A stretch of DNA of 64,000 nt from the human T2T-CHM13v2.0 reference genome, Homo sapiens, in the NCBI RefSeq assembly GCF_009914755.1, contig NC_060934.1, one strand, 5' to 3'. Below, piece after piece: positions 13,041 through 25,883 of the stretch (position 1 is its first letter; every line of letters begins with the position of its first letter). A model generated the notes under the pieces. That model worked only from the letters and a program-made list of their open reading frames with translations, did not search any database and was not told the DNA's origin. The position numbers were made by a program, and so were the translations under genes.

Positions 13041-16000
13041 AATTTTTAAATTTTAAACATTTAATTTTTGTGGATACATAGTAGGTGTACATATTTCTGG
13101 ACTATATGGGATATGTTGATACAGGCAAACAGTGTGTAATAATCACATCAAGGCAAATGGGGTAACCATCACCTCAAGCATTTATCCTTTGTGTTACGAA
13201 CAATCCAATTATACTCTTTTAGATATTTAAAATGTACAATTAAACTATTTTGACTATAGTCACTCTTTTGTGCTGCAAATACAAGATCTTATTCATTGTT
13301 TCTCACTATTTCTTTGTATCCATTATTCATTCCCACGTCCCCCTCCCAATCCCCCAACTACTCTTCCCAGCCTCAGGCAACCATCCTTTTACTCTATCTC
13401 CATGAGTTTGATTGTTTTAATTTTTAACACCGACAAAGAAGTGAGAACATGCAAAGTTTGTCTTTCTGTGCCTGGCTTATTTTACTTAACATAATGACCT
13501 CCAGTTTTATCTACGTTGTTGCAAATGACTGGCTCTCATTCTTTTCTATGGCTGAATAGTACTATATTGTATGTGTGTACCACATTTTCTTTATCCATCC
13601 TTCTGTTGATGAACATTTAGGTTGCTTCCAAATCTTGGCTATTGTGGATAGTGCTGCAATAACCATGGGAGTGCAGATATCTCTTGTATATACTGATTTT
13701 CTTTCTTTTGGATATATATCTAGCAGTGAGATTGCTGGATCATATGCTGGTAGCTCTATTTATAGTTTTGTGAGGAACCACCAAACAGTTCTCCAGAGTG
13801 GTTGTTCTAATTTACATTACCACAAACACTGTACTGGGGTTTCCGTTTCTCCACAATTTTGTCAGCATTTGTTATTGTCCATCATTTGGATAAAAGTCAT
13901 TTTAACTGGAGTGAGATAATATCTTATTGTAGTTTTGATTTGCATTTCTCTGATTCTTAATGATATTGAGCACCTAGTCATATACTTGTTTGCTATTTGT
14001 ATATCTTCTTTGGAGAAATGTCTATTCAAATCTTTCGCCAAGTTTTTAATTGGATTATTAGATTTTTTTTCCTATAGAATCGTTTGAGCTCCTTATATGT
14101 TCTGCTTATTAATCCCTTGTCAGGTGGGTAGTTTGCAAATATTTTCTCCCATTCTGTGTGTTATCTCTTCATTTTGTCTATTGTTTCCCTGCTGTGCAGA
14201 AGCTTTTTAAATTGATGTGATCCCATTTGTCCATTTTTGCTTTAGTTGCCTGTGCTTGTGGGGTATTACTCTAGAAATCTTTGCCCACTCCAATGTAACG
14301 CAGAATTTTCCCAATGTTGTCTTGTAGTCATTTCATAGTTTTAGGCCTTAGATTTAAGTCTTAAATCCATTTTGATTTCATTTTTGTATATGGTGAGAGA
14401 TAGGGATCTAGTTTCATTCTTCTGCATATGGATATTCAATTTTTCCAGTTCCATTGATTGAAGAGACTGTTTTTCCCCCATGTATATTTTTGGCACCTTT
14501 ACTGTCAATAAGTTCACTGTAGAAGTCTGGATTTGTTTCTGAGTCCTCCATTCTGTTCCACTGGCCTCTATATCTGTTTTTTTGTGAGTGCCATGCTGTT
14601 TTGGATACTATAGCTCCACAGTATCATATGAATCAGGTAATGTAATTCCTCAGTTTTGTTCTTTTTGCGCAGGACAGCTTTGGCTATTCTGGGTCTTTTG
14701 TGGTTTTATATAGATTTGAAGATTGATTTTTCCATTTCTGTGAGAAAGTCATTGATATTTTGATACGGATTGCAATGAATCTGTAGATTGCTTTGGGTAG
14801 TATGGATATTTTAACAATTTTGATTCTTCCAATCCATGAACATGGAATATCTTTCCATTTTGTGTGTGTGTGTCCTCTTCAATTTTTTGCATCAATTTTT
14901 TGCAGTTTTCATTGTAGAGATCTTTCACTTCTTTTGTTAGTTAATTCCAGGGTATTTTATTTGTAGCTATTGTAAATGGGACTATTTTCTTGATTTTTTT
15001 TCAGATTATTTGCTGTTGGTATATAGAAATGCTACTGTTTGTTGTATGTTGACTTTATATCCTATAATACTGAATTTGTTTATCAGTTCTAATACTTTTT
15101 GGTGGAGTCTTTAGGTTTTTCCAAATGTAAGATCATATCTTCTGCAAACAAGGAAAGAAAGATCCTTTGAATTTCTGTGGTATTGGTTTAGTGTCTCTGG
15201 TTGTAATGTCTTTTTCATTTTTGATTTTATTTATTTGGGTCTTCACTCTTTTTTTCTTAGTTTGGCTAAAGCTTTTTCAATTTTGTTTACCTTTTCAAAA
15301 AAACAAACTTTTTGTTTTATTGATATTTTTATTGTATTTTTCATATCAATTTCATTTGTTTCTGTTCTAATCTTTATTATTTCTGCTCTTCTACCAATTT
15401 TGACTTTGGTTTGCTGTTGCTTTTCTAGTTCTTTAAGATGCATCGTTAGGTTGTTTATTTGAAGTTTTTCTTATTTTTTCGCATAAGCACTGATAGCTAC
15501 AAACTTCCCTCTTAGTACTGCTTTCACTGCATACCGTAGGTTTTAGTATGTTGTGTTTCGGTTATCCTTTGTTTCAAGAAATTTTTCAGTTTATTTCTTA
15601 ATCTCTTCATTGACCCAGTGATCATTCAGGAACATATTGTGTAATTCCCATGTGCTTGTATAGATTCCAAAATTCCTCTTATTAATTTATAGTTTTATTC
15701 CATTGTGATCAGAGAAGATGCTTGATATTATTTCAATTTTTTTAATGTGTTAAGACTTGTTTTGTGACCTAACATATGGTCTATCCTTGAAAATGATCCA
15801 TGTGCTGGAAAGTATGCTTCTGCAGTTGTTGGATTAAGTGTTCTGTAAATAATCTTCTAGGTCCGTTTTGTTTATAGTGCAGATTAAGTCTGATATTTCG
15901 TTTTTGATTTTCTGTCTGGATGATCTGTCTAATGTGAAAGTGGGGTGCTGACTTTACTAGCTATTATTGTACTGGGGTCTATCTCTTTCTTTAATAATAA

Positions 16001-18865
16001 TTGCTTTATATATCTGAGTGCTACAGTGTTGGGTGAATATATATTTAAAATTGTTATATTCCCTTGCTGAATTGACATTTTTATCATTATATAATGACCT
16101 TCTTTGTCACTTCTTATCATATTAGTCTTTAAACCTATTTTGACTATTTTATCTGATACATGTATAGCTACTCCTGCTCTTTTTTGGTTTCCAATGGCAT
16201 GAAATATATTTTTCCTGTAAGCAACACACCATTGTCTTATATTTTAAATCCATTCAGCCACTTTATGTCTTTTGATTGGAGAGATTTGTCTGTTTACATT
16301 CCGTTTTATTATTGACAAGTAAGGATTTACTCCTGCCATTTTATTATTTGTTTTCTGTTGTTTTGTGGCCTTTTTTTCCTTCTTTTCTTTCTTCCTGTAT
16401 TCCTTTAAATATAGCTGTTTTTCTCTGCTGATATGTATTAATTTCCTCTTTAAGGCCAATAATTCTTAGGTTTGCCCCTTTTAGGCTATTTTCTAGATCT
16501 TGTAGGCATGCTTCATTCTTTCATATTTTTTGTCTCCTCTGTGTATTTTTAAATAGCCTGTCTTCAAGTTTACTAATTATTTCTTCTGCCTGATCAGTTC
16601 TGCTGTTAAGACTGATGCATTCTTCAGTATGTGAATTGCATTTTCAACTCCAGAATTTCTGCTTCATTTTTTAAAATTATTTCAATGTCTATATTAACTT
16701 TAATAGAATTCTGAATTCCTTCTCTGTTATCTTGAATTTCCTTGAGTTTCTTCAAAACCGCTATTTTGAATTCTCTGTCTGAAAGGTCACATATCTCTGT
16801 CTCTCTGGCATTGGTCCCTGGTGCCTTATTTAGTTCATTTGGTAAGGTCATGTTTCCCTGGATAGTCTTAATGTTTGTGGATGTTCCTCTATGTCTGGGC
16901 ATTGAAAAGTTAAGTATTTATTGTAGTCTTCACAGTCTGGGCTTGTTTGTGCCTGTCCTTCTTGGGAAGGCTTTCCAGGTATTTGAAGGGACTTGAGTGT
17001 TGTGATCCAAGTTTTTGGTCACTGAAGCTGTATGTGCATTAGGGAGCACTCCAAGCTCAGTAATGCTGTGATTCTTACAGACTCCTAGAGGTACGGACTT
17101 GGTAATTTTGGATAAGATCCAGAAAAATTATCTGGATTGCCAGGCAAAGTCTCTTGTATTCTTCTCTTACTTTCTCCCAAACAAACTCTCTCTCTCTCTC
17201 TCTCTGGTGAGCTGCTCTCTGGTGAGCTGGGGGCGAGGTAACACAAGCACCCTTGTGGCTACCACCACTGAGACTGTGCTGGGTCAGACCTAAAACTAGC
17301 AGAGCACTGGGTCTTTCCCAAAGCCTGCCGTCACCACTACTTGGTGGTGAAGCCAGGCAGTCTTGTGTCCTTCCCTTCAGGAAGTTCCCCCCAGGCCTCA
17401 GGCAGGTCCAGAGATGCCATCCAGGAGCCACTGAAACTTCAGAAATGTACTTGGTGCTCTATTTTACTGTGACTAGGCTGGCACCAAAATCACAGGATAA
17501 AGTCCTTCTCACTCTTCCCTCCCCTTTCCCCAGACAGAGGCATCTCTCCCCATGTCCACCACCACAAGTTCATGGGGATTTCTGCCAGGGTACCACTAAT
17601 GTTCACTTAAGGTCTGAGGGCTCTTCAGTCAGCTTGTGGTGAATGCTGCCAGGCCTGAGACTCACCTTTCAGGGAAGTGGGCTCTCTTCTGGCCCAGAGT
17701 AGGTCCACAAATGCCATCCAAGAGTCAAGGCCTGGAATTGGGAACCCGAAGAGTCTACTTGGTGTTCTTTTTCACTGTGTCCAAGCTGGTACCTAAGCTG
17801 CAAGGCAAAGTCCCCTTTATTCTTCCCTCTGCTTTTTCTCAAGCAGAAGGAGTCTCTCTTCATAACCACCACAACTGTGAATATGCTAAGTCACACCTGA
17901 AATCAGCACATCTCAGAGTCTCACTCAAGGCCCATGGCATGTACTACCTGGTTACCACTGCTGATTTTTCAGGGCCCAAGGGCTCTTTAGTCAGCAGAGG
18001 ATGAATCCTTCCAGAACCGGATCCTTCCCTTCAAGGCAGCAGTCTATCTTCTGGCTGAGTGTGTGTCTAGAGATATTGTCCAGGAGGTAGGACCTGGGTG
18101 GGAGGCTTTACGACTCTGTCCAGTGACCTATCCTACTGTGGCTGAGCTGTTATCTAAGATGCAAGACAAAGTCTTCTTTACTCTTCCTTGTCCTCTCTTC
18201 AAGTGGAAGGAAGGGATCTCTTTTGGAGCTGTCAGCTGTGCTGCTTGGGGTTGGAGGATGGGCAGTGTAAACACTCCCTGGCCGCCCTGGCTGGTGTCTT
18301 GCTAAATCACGTGCCCCCCACGTCCACTGGCTACAAGCCCAGCTCAGCACTAAGACTTGCCTAGGATTTGCAGTCCTTGTGGCCTAGCCTGCCTTTCAAG
18401 TTTATTTAGAACCCCAGAGCACTTAAACCCAGGGTGGCAAGGCTTGTGGTATTTCAAGTTACAACTGCTGGAATGGGCAATTCCCCTCTGGCTACAGCTG
18501 GTCTAAATTTTCCTTCCATGTTAATTGGCTGAGTTCTGCCTGGTGTTGGCAGCACTAAGTTCTAATGCCAACTCCCACAGTCACTACACTCTCCTTCCCA
18601 AAGCACAGAGTTTTGCCTCTATGCCATGTGGCTGCTGCCAGGAGATGAGGGAGGGTTGGTGTTGGCAATACAAGACTGTCTTTCCTACCCTGTTTAGTGC
18701 CTCTTTCAGTAATATGAAGTTAAAATCAGGTACTGTGATTGCTTGCCTGATTTTTGGTTCTTATGAGAGTGTTTTTTTGTGTAGATTGTTGTTAAATTTG
18801 GTGTTTCTCCAGGGAGGACAATCAGTGAAGGTTTCTATTTAGCCATCTTGCTCTACTTCCTCTCA
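13041..18865 (-). mobile_element. L1MA (L1MA2/3-like) retaining both ends, with internal deletions
   Basis: L1MA-type 3' end at about 13045. ORF2 remnants HLKELEKQQQTK (15243-15443) and DKEGHYIMIK...NIYSPN (15929-16120). ORF1 EICDLSDREFKIAVLKKL (16624-16902). GC-richer 5'UTR ending in the YY1-type GCCATCTTG (18842-18850). TSD CATTTTATT at 13032-13040 and 18866-18874. Confidence 0.9.
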
Positions 18866-21091
18866 CATTTTATTTAGTTTGATCCTATTGCATTGACTAT
18901 GATTTTTGTAAAGTGTTGAAATGGTGACAATGGTATCTTTGTTTTTCTTCCTCATCTTGGTTTTTCACCATTAAGTATGATAATGACTATGAGATTTTAT
19001 CATTATCCTTTATCATAGTGTGAAAGTCACCTTCTCTTCTTAGTTTTCTGAAAGTTCTTAGAGAATTAGTGTTAAATTTTGTCAGATAATTTTCTGCATA
19101 TATGAAGATAATTGTGTGTAATTTTTTCTCCTTTGTTTTGTTAATATGGTAATTACATTGGTTTCCAAGCTCTAAATTGACCTCTCATTCCTGGAATAAA
19201 ACCCACTTGGTTATAACATGTTATTTTTCTATATACTACTGGATTCAATTTGCTAAATATTTTGTTAAGAAATTTTACATGTATGTTAATGAGGGATATT
19301 GGTCTGTAATTTCGTTTTCTTGCACAATGTTTGCCTATTTTTGGAAATGTCGACCTGTGAATCAAGCTGGGATAATTCTTTTTTTCTATTTTACAAAACG
19401 TCTTGTAAAATATTGGTATTATTATTTTCTTAAATATTTGATAGAATATACCAATGATCCCAACCGGGTCTGACATTTTCTTTGTGGGAACATTTTCAAT
19501 TCAAATTTAATTTCTTTAATATGTAAGGGCTATTAAGTTTTTCTATTTCTTTTTATGTAAATTTTGATAATTTTTAAAGGAATTTTTTATTTAATTGAAG
19601 ATGTCAAACTTATTGGCATAAAATCATTAATAATTAATGTAACATAAAGAAGATCTGTAGTGATGTCTTCTCTGTCATTTATTATATTGCTAATTCATAT
19701 AATTTCACTTTTTAATTTTCTGGCTAGAAATGTATTTATTAATATTTTATAGATTTTTCTTTTTCTTTCATTTATTTTATCTATTCATGTTTTGTTTCAT
19801 TGATTTTTCTGTTCTTATTTTTATTTTTTCTTTCCTTGTATATACTTTGGGTTTACTTCACTCTTTTATTCTATATTCCTGGGATATGAGGTTAAATCAT
19901 GAGACTGCTCTTTTTTTCTAACTTAGCATTTAAAAGTTACAAATTTCCTTCTATATACTGCTTTACCTGCATCCTACAAATTTTGATGCATTAAGTTTTC
20001 TATCATTTTTCAGTTTAAAATTTATTTTCTGATTTTCCCTTGTTATTTCTTCTTTGACCCATGGACTATTTAAATGTGTGTTGTTTAATATCAAAATTTA
20101 AGAGAACTGAAAGATATGTTTCCGCTTCCAATTTATAGTTAATTGCATTGTGATCAAAGAATATTTTCTATAAGACTTCAATCCTTTTATATACGCCAAG
20201 ATTTATTGTACAGCTCAACAGAGAGTTTATCCTAGCCAATATTCTATATTAACTTTGAGAAATATACATTCTACTTTTGTTAGGCTAAGTTGATTGACAA
20301 TTTTGCTCTAGACTTTTAAGCATTTATGGATTTTCTTTATCTGCCTGCTCAATGAATAACATAAAGAGATTTGTTGCAATTTACAATTACCTATGTGTAT
20401 TTATTTCTCCTTTTAGTTCTGTTTAGTTATTTCCATGTATTTTGAAGCTCTATTTTTAGGCAAGATGCATACACATTTAGAAATATGATATTTTATTCAA
20501 GCATGAACTCCTTTATCAGTATAAAATGTCCCTTTTATGTCTGGCAGTATTTATTGACCCAAAGTCTACTTTGACTGATATTAATATAGCCACCCCCACT
20601 TTCTTATCACTGATATTTGCATGGTAAATATTTTCCATCCTTTTACTTTTAGCCTGTCTGTGTCTTTTTAATTTAAAGTATATTTTTTGTAGATAGTTTA
20701 TAGTTGGGTCTTGCCTTTTTATCCAGACTGACAATCTGTGCTTTTAACAGAAATATTTAGACCATGTATATTTAGTGAGGATCTCAATATGGTGAATGTA
20801 TCATCTTACCATTTGTTTTCTATTTGTAGCATCTGTATTTCCTTCCTTCTTTTCTCAAGTGCTGCCTTCTTTTGGATTAATTATATTTCTTTAGTATTCC
20901 ATTTTATCCATGTATTAGTTTATTAGGTTTACTCTTTTGATATTTTTTAAATGGCTGCCTTAGGGTTTCTCATATGCATCTTTAACTTATTAGAGTCTAC
21001 TTTTAATGATAATTCAATTCTCCCTGGCCATTGTGTTGTTATACATATTATTTCTACATATGTTATAAACCTAATAATAAATACAGTGTTA

Positions 21092-21143
21092 ATATTTTTG
21101 CCTTAAATATTTGATATTTTTGCCTTAAATATTTGATATTTTT
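21092..21143 (+). repeat. Perfect 22-bp tandem duplication (2.4 copies)
   Basis: ATATTTTTGCCTTAAATATTTG at 21092 and 21114, with a partial third copy at 21136. Confidence 0.95.
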
Positions 21144-21772
21144 AAAAATATAAAAAGAAATAAAAATGGACTACATATTTATTATTTCTTACACTCTTCT
21201 CTTTTCAATATTTTCATCTGGTATCATTTTCCTCTGCCTGAAGAAACTCTTAGAGGGCGGATATTCTGCTAATGAATTATCTGAGCATCTTATTTATCTG
21301 AAAAATCCTTTATTTTGTCTTCAGTTTTGAAGGATATTTTTGCTGCATATGAAATTCTTGGTTGATGATTTTTGTTTGTTTTAACATTTAAAGATATGTT
21401 CCACCGTCTTCTAGCTTGCTTGGAAATATCCACAGTCTTTTTATCTTTGTTCCCCTGTACACAATGCCTGTACCCCAGCAACTGGCTGCTCTTCAGGTTT
21501 CTCTTACTCAGTGTTTTTAAACAATTTGTGGCATGCCATGGTTTAGTTTTCTTTGGGTGTTTATTCTGCTGGGAATTTGTTGAGCTTCTTAAATCTGTGG
21601 CTTTGTAGTTTTAATCAAATTTATACTTTTTTGGCTGTAACTTAAAAAGATGTTTTCTGTACACCTCGATTTTATGGGGCTGAAGTTGCACGTGTTTCAC
21701 CGCTTGATACTATCCCACGAGTAACTGAGATAGTTGTTATGTTTCTTTTTATCCTCTCTTATTTCCATTTGA

Positions 21773-22136
<364 letters not shown>

Positions 22137-23911
22137 TGCTTTTTTTTAGTGCTCAATCTGCTGTTTATTGCATCCAGTAAAAATTTCATTTCAAATATTG
22201 TATTTTTCAGCTCTATAAATTTTATTAATTTCTTTAAAAATATATTTCCCATATATTATCTCATGATGTTTATATTTTCCTTTAAGTCTTTTAATGTATT
22301 TACAACAAATATTTTAAAGTCCTCATCTGTTAATATCATCATTGTCTTTTCTGGATCATTGACATATTTTCTGCAAATTATGAATACATTTTATTGCTCC
22401 TTCATGTGCCTAGTAAACTTTTATTGGAAGCTAAGCTTAGTGATTAGTATGATGTTGAGTGCTAGATTTTGTTGTCTTTAAAGAATGTTGGACTTTTTCT
22501 CAAATGCACTAAAATTACTTGGGGATATGCTGAATTATTTTGAGGCTTGTTTTAAAACTATATTGGGGCAGATATAATGTTGCCTTTACCCTAGGCATCA
22601 TTTCACTCTACTACTAAACCATGACCTCTCAAGGGACTCTACCGAATGTTCCAGTTGTTCACTTCACTCTGACTGGTTGAAAGCTGAATATCTCCTCCCA
22701 CCCTGTATGAACTGTGGGAATTATTTAGCATACATGTCCCATCCCATTCTTTTCTCAGTCTCATGGAATGTTACCCTTTGTATGTGTCATTTAGTACTCC
22801 ACAATACTAAGGTGACCTCCATACATATATATGCAACTCTTTCTCTGCATACCCTTTTCCTGTCTGGTTCTTCACACTGCAAATTCCAGTCACCTCAACC
22901 CCTGCAGACTCTGATCCCTATTTTCTCAACTCGAAAAGACCGTGTTCTCCTTAAGTTTCTCCTGCCTGGATGGCTGCCCAGAAAAAGCCTCCAGGCAGAA
23001 AGCCAGGGTGACGGTCAGGTTCATTTTCTTGTTTCTCTTCTTTCAAGGATATCCATGTTATACTGCTTTTGGTCCAATGTCTGAAAACAGCTTTCTAGTT
23101 GTTTATGGTAGGATATTAAATCTGGTACCAGTTACTCCATCATGACTTGAGTGAAACATTTGTTTTCAAAAAGATAAAATGTATAGAGTAACATAATTGA
23201 GGATATGGCAAGTATAGTCAAATAGTAATAGCTTGTGCTTTTTTCAACTGTACAATAGAACTAAAGTAGGTTTTATCCTACAATTTTATATAATCCCCAA
23301 TAGAACTCCATTACTTCCACTAAAAATTCCCTGTAATGTACAGGGAACCAGGTCTAGACACTTTAATAAGAGTTAAAGATACGTACTTCTATTGTATATT
23401 TGCATTTAGAGTATCTTTTTATACTTTGTTAAGCAATTTTATTTTGTCATAAAGCGAGACTCCCACCAAGGACAGATTTTATTGTTCTACTTTATAATGG
23501 ACAGGGGAATGTCTAATTCCTACTCGACATATAAAGAAGAGTTTTTCTTCTCTGTCTTTGCCTTTTTGCTTTCCATTGGATTAATCTTCAATGAATATTT
23601 CAAGGTCCAACTCAAGTCTCTTTCTCTAGGGAGTCTTACCCAACTATTTTATCCCTGTTTTAGTTATGATAAAGCTAAACAGTTGCCAAAAAAAAAAAAA
23701 AGAGAGAGAGAGAGAGAGACCATAAAACACAGCACCTTGAAGTATATGGAAATGTCTCTCTCAGCTATCAGTTTGAAGGTTAGCAGTGCATGGTAAGCAA
23801 AGCAGCTCTTTCCAAGGCTCCTCTCAAGCCATCATGTCATAACCCCTTAGATACAATCCCTACATGGTCAAAGGTGGATTGCTGCCACTTTTTTTGGTAG
23901 TAGTTATGTAG

Positions 23912-24708
23912 TTTCTTTTTCTCTTTTTTTTATAATTTTAAGTTTCACGGTACAAATGCAGGATGTGCAGGTTTGTTACATAGGTAAACGTGTGCCATGG
24001 TGGTTTGCTGCACCTATCAACCTATCACCTAGGTATTAAGCCCAGCAAGCATTTGCTATTTTTCCTAATGCTCTCCTTCACCCTCATCCCTGACAGGCCC
24101 TACCGTGTGTTGTTCCCCTCCCTGCGTCCATGTGTTCTCATGATTCACTTCCCACGTAGAAGTGAGAACATGTGGTGTTTGGTTTTCTGTTCTTGTGTTA
24201 GTTAGCTGAGGGTAATGGCTTCCAGCTCCATCCATGTCCCTGCAAAGGACATGATTTCATTCCTTTTTTATGACTGCATAGAATTCCATGGTATATATGT
24301 ACCACATTTTCTTTACCCAGACTATCATTAATGGGCATTTGGGTTGATTCCATGTCTTTGCTATTGTGAATAGGGCTGCAATGAACAAACCTGTGCATGT
24401 ATCTTTACAATAGAGTGATTTATATTCCTTTGTGTATACACACAGTAATGGGATTGCTGGGTCAAATGGTATTTCTGGTCCTAAATCTTTGGGGAATGGC
24501 CACACTGTCTTCCACAATGATTGAACTAATTTATACTCCCACCAGCAGTATAAAAGCATTCCGATTTCTCTGCAACCTCGTCAGCATCTGTTGTTTCTTG
24601 ACTTTTTAATAACTGCCATTCTGACTCGTGTGAGATGGTATCTCATTGTGATTTTGATTTGCATTTCTCTAATCAGTGAAGTTGAGCCTTTTTTCATATG
24701 TTTGTTGT
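23912..24708 (-). mobile_element. 5'-truncated L1PA (L1PA8-10-like) 3' end
   Basis: 'gtgcaggtttgttacataggtaaacgtgtgccatgg'. ORF2 C-terminus [15 protein letters not shown]...FIAALFTIAKTWNQPKCP (24257-24559). Flanking repeat CTGCCACTTTTT at 23882-23893 and 24710-24721. Confidence 0.93.
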
Positions 24709-24915
24709 TCTGCCACTTTTTCTTTCTCTTCCAGAACAGCCAGTTGTAAGGGGTAAAATAAATTGGAGAAGAGAACATCCACATGGATTAAGTCCCAAGC
24801 TCACCCTTTGTTAGTGAGAATGTAGTCACGTGGCCATACCTACTACAAGGTAGGCTAGAACATATAATCTCATTGGATAGCCATGATATTGCTACATTAA
24901 CATATAAGAAGGGGA

Positions 24916-25238
<323 letters not shown>

Positions 25239-25639
25239 AGGGGAGATGAATTTTGGTGGACAGCTAGCATTCTCCTCATTTAATTCTCCCTTCTCAGTAC
25301 TCAACTTTGTGTTCAGATCTAGCACAGCAGTCAGCTCTGCTAATCAGACAAGTAAGAGGGGATGCTCAAAGTGGGAGGATCCATTTAATACATTTTTGTC
25401 CAAATAGACACATTATTTAAATAAAAATAAATAAGTTATTGTTATTTGTCTTTGTTTAAATAAGTTATTACGTGTACAAATAGTCAGTAAATCTGATTCT
25501 TGCTTGGTGGTTTTCATTATTCCTTTATGTAAAGTTGCATGTTCAATAGGTCTATTAATGAGACTTTCCCCAGTCCAATTTCTGTTTAGTATTCATTTCA
25601 GATACGCAATAGAGGAATGCAATGTAATTCATTCATTAT

Positions 25640-25850
25640 TACTATAAGTTTGGGGCACAGACAGACCAGATTTAAGTCTTGGTTTTGTCATTTTCAAGCT
25701 TTGTGGCTTTGGTGAATTACTTAACTTCTCTGAGCCTCAGGTTTTTGTAACCATACAGTATCTATCTTTCAGAGTATGGTAAAGATTAAATTAGATAACA
25801 TTTGTAAATACCTAGTAGAGTGTCTGAGCACAGAGTTGGAGCCCAAGAAA
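25640..25850 (+). mobile_element. MIR SINE
   Basis: Core 'ttacttaacttctctgagcctcag' and 'aagattaaattagataacatttgtaaa'. Confidence 0.8.
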
Positions 25851-25861
25851 TTGGGGAAATG

Positions 25862-25883
25862 CACACACACACACACACACACA
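25862..25883 (+). repeat. (CA)n microsatellite
   Basis: About 11 CA units. Confidence 0.95.

Noticed and set aside
13041-18865. L1MA as a potentially active LINE
   Set aside because: ORF1 and ORF2 are fragmented by stops, frameshifts and large deletions.
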